A stretch of DNA of 59,279 bases, counting the filler, from Basidiobolus meristosporus CBS 931.73 (lineage: Eukaryota; Fungi; Basidiobolomycota), in assembly GCA_002104905.1 (NCBI GenBank). It is 4 parts of 4 records of this genome, joined end to end, with 100 filler letters (N's around TTAATTAATTAA, not from the genome) between each part and the next. Parts side by side here need not be neighbours in the genome. Positions count along the whole stretch, not along the records: positions 1 to 19,294 come from MCFE01001036.1; positions 19,395 to 32,208 come from MCFE01001225.1; 2 more parts are not named here. One strand, 5' to 3'. Below are positions 12,934-21,752 of this stretch, in pieces. The notes beneath the pieces were generated by a model. That model was not told the DNA's origin. It ran no database searches and saw only the letters and a program-made list of their open reading frames with translations. Position numbers and translations under genes: made by a program. Every line of letters begins with the position of its first letter. Positions within the stretch are counted from its first letter, which is position 1.

Positions 12934-13281
12934 TGTTGTAGAAATTCGTAATTTCACCTAAATATTCACCTAACTTGGTCACTTGGATCATTACCTACAA
13001 ATCTTAGAGAACACTGTCCAAATTTCTCGTCAGGATTTACTTGGAATATTTTTACCAAAATATCAGGTACACAGAAGTTGAGAATCAGATAGGTTGTCCA
13101 AACAGAAGCAAACTTTGCACACATGCTCTTGGGAACTTCTTAAACCTATTCATGTGTTTGCTATGCCAATATCATGTAAAAGTACATATACTACCTTAAC
13201 ACTCAATAAATCATTAAGGGAAATCCACATAATCTACTTGTCCTCCCAATCAATTCCAATATCTCCAAGACTCTTACAACC
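12934..13281 (+). mobile_element. Ty1/copia solo LTR (no TSD found)
   Basis: 348 bp, TGTTGTAG...CTCTTACAAC, colinear with the 28650-28997 LTR. Confidence 0.88.
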
Positions 13282-13390
13282 TATTCCACATTTTCACTTG
13301 GCATTCTTGGTAGTACCAGTCACTTTCCCTGTATTGTGGAAACCAAAAAAAAATAGAAATTCACCAGCTAATTTGAAAGATAGTAGATAT

Positions 13391-14080
13391 GGGTTAGGGG
13401 GGAGACAGTCACCAACAGGTGAAATCTTTATTTCAGTTGAAACAAATAAGCCAGCACTACTGTTGTATCTTTGATACAAGAGTTGTAGCTGAGGGGAATT
13501 GGCAGGTAAGTTAATAAGAAGTGATGCCAGTTCTTCAGTGCTCAAGACACTGTTCAGTGGGAAGGGGGGTAGCAAGAGAGGTAAGAATGACTTGTGAACA
13601 ACATTAATGAGGGGAATGTGATAAGAATTGATATTCATCATAAAGGGAGTGTGCTGCTGCAGATATTGCTGCCAAAGGTCTGTCAAGTACTTCAGGTAGG
13701 CCAGCTTGGGTTTTTCTGACTGCAGAATATAGTGAGCAAACTTCTTGACTTCAGGATCTCCAAGTATAGTTCTCCAGCAGGAGCCAGGTGTAGTGTGGTG
13801 TGTTCTCTTCCATGCCTTAATCAGTGGGTTGTTGCAGTGGTGAAGTCTGAGATATAATCTGGTTCTAAGGTAGAGAAGTCTGATCTTATAGGGCATAAAC
13901 CCAAAAGCAACAAGAATAGCATGTCTGTAGGGGCATTCAGGCAAATGAGACATCAAGGAGGTAATGCACCATACTGCAAACCTGTCAAGCTTAGTGCAGT
14001 TTTTAGAAGTAAGAGAGAGAAGTGGTAAGCCAAATTCCACAACAGGGAAGACAAACTGCTTGAGTAGAAGGAGGCAGCTG
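13391..14080 (-). mobile_element. Non-LTR retrotransposon (LINE) 3' fragment, strongly 5'-truncated copy
   Basis: Near-identical to the 3' 690 nt of the 14081-15710 copy. Ends in AATAAAGATTTCACCTGTTGGTGACTGTCTCCCCCCTAACCC on the minus strand. Confidence 0.9.
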
Positions 14081-15710
14081 GGGTTAGGGGGGAGATAGTC
14101 ACCAACAGGTGAAATCTTTATTTCAGTTGAAACAAAGAAGCCAGCGCTACTGTTGTAGCTTTGATACCAGAGTGTGTAGCTGAGGGGAATTTGTAGGTAA
14201 GTTAATAAGAAGTGATGATAGTTCTTCAGTGCTCAAGACACTGTTCAGTGGGAAGGGGGGTAGCAAGAGAGGTAAGAATGACTTGTGAACAACATTAATG
14301 AGGGGAATGTGATAAGGATTGATGTTCATCATAAAGGGAGTGTGCTGCTGCTGATATTGCTGCCAAAGGTCTGTCAAGTACTTCAGGTAGGCCAGCTTGG
14401 GTTTTTCTGACTGCAGAATATATTGAGCAAACTTCTTGACTTCAGGATCTCCAAGTATAGTTCTACAGCAGGAGCCAGGTGTTGTGTGGTGTGTTCTCTT
14501 CCAGGCCTTAATCAGTGGGTTGTTGCAGTTGTGAAGTCTGAGATATAATCTGGCTCTAAGGTAGAGAAGTCTGATCTTATAGGGCATAAACCCAAACGCA
14601 CCAAGAATAGCATGTCTGTAGGGGCATTCAGGCAAATGAGGCACCAAGGAGGTAATGCACCATACTGCAAACTTGTCAAGCTTAGTGCAGTCTCTAGAAG
14701 TAAGAGAGAGAAGTGGTAAGCCAAATTCGAGGACAGGGAAGACAAACTGCTTGAGTAGGAGGAGGCAGCTGGGAGCTGAAGTTGTAGGAGGAGTAACAGC
14801 CAGTAGCTTGTGGAGTGCCTGTCTTGCCAGGATAATTCTCTTCTTCAGGTGTGCTCCAGAGTCTAGTCCAGTGGGAAGGAAAGGAAAGCCAAGATATGTA
14901 GCAGAAACCTGAGCAGGTAGAGTGGAGTTCTCCAAGTTGATGGGAGAGCCCAAAGGTACTGTCTTTGCAATGGAAAGCTGGAGATTATTCTTCTGCAGAT
15001 ACTGGTGGATGGTCTGGGAGTCTTGTTGCACATTGGAGGAGGATATTCTGATGTCATCAGCAAAGAGAGTAACCAGGCAGTCAGCTGAGAGTCTTGGGAA
15101 ATCATTCAGGAAGATGGCAAACAGTATAGGACCAAGCACAGAGCCTTGAACCACTCCATTAGGAACTGAGAACACAGCTGATTGCTCACTTGGGTGCAGA
15201 ATTCTTGCTTGTGGATCCAGAAACAGAGACCTGACAAGGAGGGTGAGAGAGGTACTGGAGAAGCATTGCAACTTGGACCAAAGCAGATTTCTGTCAACTG
15301 AATCAAAGGCCTTAGTAATATCAAACAGAACAGAGGGATACTTGCACTGGAGAGAGTGATCTTGGCTAAGTATGACCGCATATTCCAAGGAGAGGCCAGG
15401 AACAAAGCCAAACTGTGCAGGATGAAGCTTGAGGGAGTCAGAGTAGAGCTCCTGAGCAAGCAGAAGCTCAAACACCTTTCTGCAGGTGGGCAGCAGAGAT
15501 ATAGGCCTGTAGGAGCTAGGATCCAGGTGCTTTCCTTTACCCTTGTACAGTGGCAGAACATTTGCAAAGGACCATTCCTCAGGAGTAGAAAGCTGGGCTG
15601 AGCATTGCTGAAACAGTGGAAGCAGAAGTGCAGACATGGCCTTGGTACTAGTCTTCAGAAGCTCATAGGAGATTGTGTCCACACCTGGAGCAGTAGAGTT
15701 GGGAAGCCTC
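14081..15710 (-). mobile_element. Non-LTR retrotransposon (LINE), 5'-truncated just upstream of the RT domain
   Basis: Carries the RT ORF below. Same 3' tail as the neighbouring copy. 5' end fused to TTAGGG repeats. Confidence 0.92.
14147..15682 (-). CDS. Non-LTR reverse transcriptase (511 aa open frame, N-terminus lost)
   Basis: TAPGVDTISYELLK, WSFANVLPLYKGKG, SYRPISLL, QFGF, FDITKAFDSV, GVVQGSVLGPILF, LFADD, YLG. No recognisable C-terminal REL endonuclease, CCHC knuckle or RNase H. Confidence 0.93.
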   Translation of the reverse strand: MDTISYELLKTSTKAMSALLLPLFQQCSAQLSTPEEWSFANVLPLYKGKGKHLDPSSYRPISLLPTCRKVFELLLAQELYSDSLKLHPAQFGFVPGLSLEYAVILSQDHSLQCKYPSVLFDITKAFDSVDRNLLWSKLQCFSSTSLTLLVRSLFLDPQARILHPSEQSAVFSVPNGVVQGSVLGPILFAIFLNDFPRLSADCLVTLFADDIRISSSNVQQDSQTIHQYLQKNNLQLSIAKTVPLGSPINLENSTLPAQVSATYLGFPFLPTGLDSGAHLKKRIILARQALHKLLAVTPPTTSAPSCLLLLKQFVFPVLEFGLPLLSLTSRDCTKLDKFAVWCITSLVPHLPECPYRHAILGAFGFMPYKIRLLYLRARLYLRLHNCNNPLIKAWKRTHHTTPGSCCRTILGDPEVKKFAQYILQSEKPKLAYLKYLTDLWQQYQQQHTPFMMNINPYHIPLINVVHKSFLPLLLPPFPLNSVLSTEELSSLLINLPTNSPQLHTLVSKLQQ

Positions 15711-15747
15711 TTAGGGTTAGGGTAGGGTTAGGGTAGGGTTAGGGGGG
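15711..15747 (+). repeat. Telomeric-repeat spacer (TTAGGG with TAGGG variants) between LINE and SINE-like unit
   Basis: TTAGGGTTAGGGTAGGGTTAGGGTAGGGTTAGGGGGG. Confidence 0.9.
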
Positions 15748-16265
15748 AGGAAAGTCACCAAGTGGTGAAATCTTTATTTACTTATGACAAGTATCTAAAG
15801 AAGCCAAGTTAATCTGAAGTAATTCCTAGAAAGCTAGGTCTGAGAGATATCTTCCTGGTAAGCCAGGTCTGAGAGGTGAGAGGCTGAGTGGTACTATATT
15901 TCCTAGTTAGCTAGGTCTGAGAGAGGTTTCCTGGAAAGCCAGGCCTGAGAAGTGAGAATCTGAATAAATCTGAGCTAAGTTATACTGGTTTGCGGTAGCT
16001 GAATTGTGGCCGGAATGGCCAGTAGACTGGGGGAACTGAGATGAATTTCTGGGCAATCACTGGCCAATTTACTAGGCAAATCTGGCCAATTAGCATTTCA
16101 AGGATTTCAGCCAATCAGAGCCTTTACTTTGCCCAATGGTTGATCAAGCCATCTCCCAATGAGGACACATCAATTTATTGATCAAATTTTGCTGGATCCA
16201 GGATTTGAACCCACAACCATGGGTATTGAAGGGTTAGGGATAACCACAAGGCTAAGTGTTCTTGG
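15741..16265 (-). mobile_element. tRNA-headed SINE-like non-coding element, copy 1
   Basis: Minus-strand head has A-box-like TAGCCTTGTGG and perfect B-box GGTTCAAATCC 43 nt downstream. The 3' ~45 nt match the LINE tail. The unit repeats with a 544-nt period. Confidence 0.75.
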
Positions 16266-16291
16266 TTAGGGTTAGGTTTAGGGTTAGGGGG
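16264..16291 (+). repeat. Telomeric-repeat spacer between the two SINE-like copies
   Basis: GGTTAGGGTTAGGTTTAGGGTTAGGGGG. Confidence 0.88.
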
Positions 16292-16785
16292 AGGAAAGTC
16301 ACCAAGTGGTGAGATCTTTATTTACTTATGACAAGTATCTAAAGAAGCCAAGTTAATCTGAAGTAATTCCTAGAAAGCTAGGTCTGAGAGATATCTTCCT
16401 GGTAAGCCAGGTCTGAGAGTTGAGAAGCTGAGTGGTACTATGTTTCCTAGTTAGCTAGGTCTGAGAGAGGTTTCCTGGAAAGCCAGGCCTGAGAAGTGAG
16501 AATCTGAATATATCTGAGCTAAGTTATACTGGTTTGCGGTAGCTGGATTGTGGCTGGAAAGGCCAGTAGACTGGGGGAACTGAGATGAATTTCTGGGCGA
16601 TCACTGGCCAAATTTACTAGGCAAATCTGGCCATTAGCATTTCAAGGATTTCAGCCAATCAGAGCCTTTACTTTGCCCGATGGTTGATCAAGCCATCTCC
16701 CAATGAGCACACATCAATTTATTGATCAAATTTTGCTGGATCCAGGATTTGAACCCACAACCATGGGTATGGAAGGGTTAGGGAT
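16286..16785 (-). mobile_element. tRNA-headed SINE-like element, copy 2, head interrupted by gypsy LTR
   Basis: Near-identical to 15741-16240. Sequence switches at GGGTTAGGGAT to TGTTGTATCC, the gypsy LTR end. Confidence 0.75.
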
Positions 16786-17482
16786 TGTTGTATCCAAGAG
16801 AAAGTGTAATAAAACTCTTGAATGGTTTAACTGAACCAAAGGGACAATTAAGTGCAGAATCTTAGAATTGTCAGAGAGTGGCGGAAATATTAGCAGAAAG
16901 ATTCTGGTCTAATATTGGTCTTGGATATAGCTGGGTTGGCTATAAAGGCAATGATATTTGTTTGCTAGGCAGGCTAGGCTTGGTGTTCTTTGGAGTGCTA
17001 GATATACTAGGCTTGGATAGAAACTAGAACGGAATTGTTGGATTCTTATTTTTGCTGAGACAGAATCTTAATTTCGTTGAGACACACACTAAACCAAAAG
17101 GTTCAGTAAACTTTATTTATACTTTTCTGATCAAGTTGAATTAGTCAGCGCCAAGGGACTGGATTGATTGAAATCAATTTGGGTGTTCATAGGTGCATAA
17201 GATAAATGAAAATTACATCATCAATCAACTGATGTCTTGGCAACTGCACAGTGGTTGGATATATCTCAGATGACTAATCACCTGGGAAGGCTTGGCAGAT
17301 AGGTTGATAACGTAATGACCATTTGAAAATAGATCAGGTGTGATAGCTAAAAATAGATTCTGAGGTGGGATAAAATAAACTGTAACTGGGATTTGTTATG
17401 TTTGGGTTAGGGAAAATCAGTTAGGGTACTAGATTTTCAAACGGAGTAAAATTGGCTAAGTTTTAAATGTTGATGCACAACA
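16786..17482 (-). mobile_element. 3' LTR of Ty3/gypsy chromovirus (~697 bp)
   Basis: Minus-strand TGTTGTGC...GGATACAACA termini, immediately preceded by a purine tract (GGAAGGAAGTGA) overlapping the pol stop codon. Confidence 0.85.
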
Positions 17483-19294
17483 TCACTTCCTTCCAGAAGA
17501 GGAGTTTTTTGATACCTTCTGGGTTCCTCTGCGGCTCCAATACTGATCAATAATGGCAACATCATCAAAGTTGGTGTAAGGTTCCCAGGTGTTGTGTTTG
17601 GCATCATAGCCTTTCCACTTGACTAAATAAAGGCAATTTGGTTCTTCTCCATCATGGTCCACAATAGCTTCAACTTCATAGGATTCCGAAGTTACTGGGT
17701 CTTGAGAAATAAGTTTGAGTGAAGAAGGTGGAAAGTTTTTGGGTAGCAGTGCTCCAGTGTTATCCTGAAGTACATAAGATCCTCCAGTAGTGCGTCTGAC
17801 AACCTTGAATGGTCCTTCATACTTGGGGTCAAGCTTAGATTGCCGGATTGGATCTAGTGTCATGACATATGACCCATCTGGGAAGCTGCTGTTCCTGTGT
17901 CTTGAGGCATACGTTGAAGTCATCTTTTGCTGAGAGGCCTTACTTCTGGCACTGATAGCAGGGTAGACAATGTTGGTAAGGTACTCAAGCCGGTTCTTTA
18001 GCTTATCTGTATTCAAACTTGCTAACTCTGTATTCTGGTAGTCTCCAAAGTGGTTGTATCTTCTTCCAAACATCAAGGAAAATGGTGTTGATCCATGTAG
18101 AGCGGCAATTTTGGTGTTGATAGCATACTGTACAGTTGGAACGTACTTGTCCCAATTCTTCTTGATACCTTTGATAGATTTCCTGATGATGTTCACTGAG
18201 GTCTGAACATGTCTTTCAGCCAGTCCATTAGCTTTGGGATGATATGGAGTGATCAGACAGTGATCAATGGCGCTATTCTGGCAAAGGGCTTTGATCACGT
18301 GATTCACAAATTCTGTTCCATTATCCGATTGAATGACCTTAGGGAATCCAAAAAGGCAGAAGAGCTTGAATAGTTCTTGTGCAATAGTGGCAGCATACTT
18401 GTCTGGGATAGCTTTGAGGAAGACAAAACGTGTGCAGACATCCACAATTACAAAGAGGTAGTGATTACCATCATCACTAGTGGTGAAAGGTCCAGCTAGA
18501 TCAATTGCAATATGATCCATAGGAAGGCTTGCATGGATGGGGCTCAAAGGGTGAAATCCATGGCGGCTGATATTGTAAAGTTGACATTCTCTGCATGACT
18601 TGACAAATTCTAAGCAGTCAACTTTGATATTTGGCCAGTGATATCCATCAGAGTGTAGCTTCTTCATAAGTGTGTCAGCTCCAAAGTGGCCAAGTAAATG
18701 ACTCCTCTGTATCAATGTTTTCCTTTGTTCTTCAGGTGGGATTTTCCAAGTTGCTGAATCCAGTTGAGGAATTATTTTGGAAGTTGTGGAGAGTTTACTG
18801 ATTACATCAGTAATCACATGTCCCTCCCAAGGTGAAGTTGGAAAAAGTCTTGACAGGTGGTCAGGAAGGATATTGAGAATTCCTGGGCGATGAATAACTG
18901 TATATTCATAATCAAGTAGAGTATCAAGCCAGTTGGTAAGCATTGGAGTCAGAGTTTTCTGAGTGTGGATATAGACAAGGGCTCGGTGGTCAGTGTACAA
19001 GGTAAAAGGATTACCCCATAGATACTGATGAAACTTCTTCAACGCAAAGACTATGGCAAGTAGCTCCTTCTTGGTAGCAGAGTAGTTTCTCTCAGCAGAT
19101 TGTAGGGACCTGGCTTGGAAAGAGATCCAGTGAGGCGGATTTTGGTCTTCATCTTGATAGAGGACTGCCCCTAACCCAACATTAGATGCATCCGTAGCAA
19201 CAATAAAGGGCTTAGTAAAGTCTGGGTAGGATAAGGTGGGTGCTTGTGGAAGCAGTTGGCAGAGTGACTCAAAGGCTTGGTCATGAGTCTTGTT
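17483..19294 (-). CDS. Ty3/gypsy pol C-terminal part: RNase H, integrase, chromodomain (open up to the assembly gap)
   Basis: RNase H: VATDASNVGLGAVL, ERNYSATKKELLAIV, LYTDHRAL. Integrase: HHCC zinc motif, IAIDLAGP, QSDNGTEF, YHPKANGLAER, YEGPFKV. Chromodomain: YEVEAIVDH...YLVKWKGY...TWEP. Confidence 0.96.
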   Translation of the reverse strand, partial: NKTHDQAFESLCQLLPQAPTLSYPDFTKPFIVATDASNVGLGAVLYQDEDQNPPHWISFQARSLQSAERNYSATKKELLAIVFALKKFHQYLWGNPFTLYTDHRALVYIHTQKTLTPMLTNWLDTLLDYEYTVIHRPGILNILPDHLSRLFPTSPWEGHVITDVISKLSTTSKIIPQLDSATWKIPPEEQRKTLIQRSHLLGHFGADTLMKKLHSDGYHWPNIKVDCLEFVKSCRECQLYNISRHGFHPLSPIHASLPMDHIAIDLAGPFTTSDDGNHYLFVIVDVCTRFVFLKAIPDKYAATIAQELFKLFCLFGFPKVIQSDNGTEFVNHVIKALCQNSAIDHCLITPYHPKANGLAERHVQTSVNIIRKSIKGIKKNWDKYVPTVQYAINTKIAALHGSTPFSLMFGRRYNHFGDYQNTELASLNTDKLKNRLEYLTNIVYPAISARSKASQQKMTSTYASRHRNSSFPDGSYVMTLDPIRQSKLDPKYEGPFKVVRRTTGGSYVLQDNTGALLPKNFPPSSLKLISQDPVTSESYEVEAIVDHDGEEPNCLYLVKWKGYDAKHNTWEPYTNFDDVAIIDQYWSRRGTQKVSKNSSSGRK

Positions 19295-19394
19295 NNNNNN
19301 NNNNNNNNNNNNNNNNNNNNNNNNNNNNNNNNNNNNNNTTAATTAATTAANNNNNNNNNNNNNNNNNNNNNNNNNNNNNNNNNNNNNNNNNNNN
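19295..19394. other. Assembly gap with artificial TTAATTAATTAA linker
   Basis: N run flanking a 12-mer that places stops in all six frames. Identical in all three gaps. Confidence 0.97.
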
Positions 19395-19836
19395 GCTTCC
19401 TGGGACCTTCCTTACTACATTCTCATTGTTAGCTTTGCCAAGTTCCTCTAACAGTACCTATTGTGTCCTTCCTGGAAACATACCTATCATTTGTTCTCTA
19501 AAGCCCACTAATAATCCAATACTCTATTTGAACTCAACAAACCTACAAATCAATGCCACCCATTTTTTGGCTCTGCAAATCACTTCTGATACTGCCCAAG
19601 ATTACAAATAGCATATGGTGTCTGATTTGTACATGGCAACCAATCAATATCCCAGAATAAGTTGGAATGTAAATACATTGTCATTGTTCATATCTCTAAC
19701 CCAGCTACATCTGTCACAACAAATATCTAAATTAGTAAGCTTGCAGCCAGTAATCTTGTCTTACACATGGCTAGAAAGCAGATCAGTGACTACAGTTTGC
19801 ATACAGCATTGTCCATCATTGCAACTATGATGTTTC

Positions 19837-20157
19837 TGTTGCAAGGGTTTTGGAGATATTGGAAGCAGTTGGGAGAACAAGTTGATTATGTGATTTTCAC
19901 TTTATGATTTATTGACTGAAAAATTCATATATCTATTTCTACACAGTCTTGGCAAAAAAAGCATAGAGTATGTGTACAAAGTCTGGGGGCACTCGGATAA
20001 CCTTGAGAATCCTCATTATCTGGGTACTTGACATTTTGGAAAAACATTTGTGTAAGCCCCAACAAAGAATTCATACCGGAGATACTAGGGCTTATAAGTT
20101 ATGATCCCAGTGACTAGGTTAAGTGAATATCTAGGTGTAATTACAGAACTTACCACA
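19837..20157 (-). mobile_element. Diverged copia solo LTR
   Basis: TGTTGCAAG...TTACCACA termini with colinear LTR blocks and an internal deletion. Confidence 0.7.
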
Positions 20158-20289
20158 GCATCAACTTACTGCAGTTTATACCTACATTACTCATAAGCCT
20201 TGAGATTCAATTTATTTTATTGCTAAATAATGGGTCATTTACCTGAGATCTAACTTGTAAAGTTATCCACGCAGTCCTTGAAGTCATCA

Positions 20290-20512
20290 AGACTTGCAGA
20301 ATAAACATGTGCAATATGCTTCAGAAGGTCCCAAGAGCACGTGCGCAAATTGTGGGGGCTTTTGGACAATGTATCAGATCCTCATATTCTGGGTACTTGA
20401 GATTTTGGTGAGTATAAACTAGATCACCTAGGTCATGGCTGAAGAAATCTGCTCTTTGTTGTGACTTACCAAGTCAATGGAATATTAAGATGTAAATACA
20501 AAATTTGCAACA
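20290..20512 (-). repeat. Partial degenerate copia LTR
   Basis: AAGGTCCCAAGAGCACGTGCGCAAA, TTCTGGGTACTTGAGATTTTGGTGA and AAATACAAAATTTGCAACA blocks. Confidence 0.55.
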
Positions 20513-21587
20513 ATTCCCACTCAATATATTAACCAGTGATATCATCCTTACTACAATAACTCCACGCAGAAACCAAAGTTTGAAGGTATCAGTGTGGAAT
20601 TGAGCTCTATTGCATTATGTTGTGAGGATTTTGGAAACATTACAAGTGATCGGGACATCTAGAAGATCAAGTAGGTAAACACATAGGAAATATCTCAAGG
20701 GCCAAGTGGATTTTCATGAAAAGTAGTACTCAAAGCTACATAAGACTCGGAAAAATATCTAGGAGTTTTGAAGGGGCATGGTGCTATAGCATTCATAAAG
20801 GGTCTTGTTGCAGTAGTCAAAAGAAAGTGCGGGTTTTCACCCAAAGACCTACTGAGTTGAAGCATTTATACTGATGGGCGAATTTCGTAAAGGGAAATAA
20901 ATAAACAAATGGTATATATGCTTTGGTATATATGGTTTGCGGAAGGTCTCAGGAAGTCGTGGGCAATATTCGAAAAATTTGGCAACTTCCAGTATTGCCA
21001 AGAATCAATAAGCCCAAGTTATTAAACATCAATCCCACAATCAAGGAAATACTAAAGTTGCACAATTGTAGTAATAGCGCTGCGGTTGAGGATTATCTAT
21101 GACCACAGGTTATATCTAGTTGAATGCTCAAGTAGACGGTGGGAGCGGCTGATGACATCTTTCCTAATAGTCAAGTACTTTCACCTAGATGATATTGAAA
21201 ACCGGCCAGGCATTCAATCATCATCTGGCATCAATGTTTCATCAGATATTACGAGGCTGTTTGGGCCCCAGATAGTGTTCGACACAATTGCTGCGAATGT
21301 TGCGCGGGTATCATGATTGATTGATGGGTAAATTCACCACCGTGGTAAGCCCATCGGAGCAGACCATATACGGTATTCACACGAGCCTCCCATCGAATTC
21401 TCTAACAATGGCTCTAGAATTTGGGGTAGGTTGCTACATCTCCTGTCAACTGACAGACGTAAAAAAGGCAATGTTAAGAAGGAAAAAAAAGGAGATATTG
21501 GTCACTCATACGTTGGGTCATATAGATTAAATCCCTTTAGAAGAATAGGCTGACTCACCTGGGCATGGCAATTCCCATACCCGAGAA

Positions 21588-21648
21588 GAAGGGGGCTATC
21601 TCCACAAATAATCTATACGAAGGGGGCTATCTCCACAAATAAACTATA
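21588..21648. repeat. 31-bp tandem duplication downstream of the LysM gene
   Basis: GAAGGGGGCTATCTCCACAAATAA(T/A)CTATA x2. Confidence 0.8.
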
Positions 21649-21752
21649 AAGTTTGTCGGGTGATTTGTACAAAATTGAGGATTTATTGTGCGAGTATAAT
21701 ACATGGCAATTGGCTATTATGATTAAGGAATAAAGTATGCGCGAACTGGGTT

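Noticed and set aside
14147-15682. Penelope-like (Athena/Coprina) or telomerase RT identity for the telomere-associated element
   Set aside because: The motifs (YRPISLL, DITKAFDSV, GVVQGSVLGP, FADD) are those of non-LTR LINE RTs.
15824-15956. Hammerhead ribozyme
   Set aside because: CTGAGAG does not fit the CUGANGA core, and no properly placed GAAA/stem arrangement was found by eye.
16191-16265. Functional tRNA gene
   Set aside because: A and B boxes are present but the acceptor and anticodon stems do not pair; it is embedded in a repeated element.
19339-19350. TTAATTAATTAA palindrome repeated at three sites (also 32233 and 44292)
   Set aside because: Always centred in a 100-nt N gap; an artificial six-frame-stop scaffold linker, not biology.
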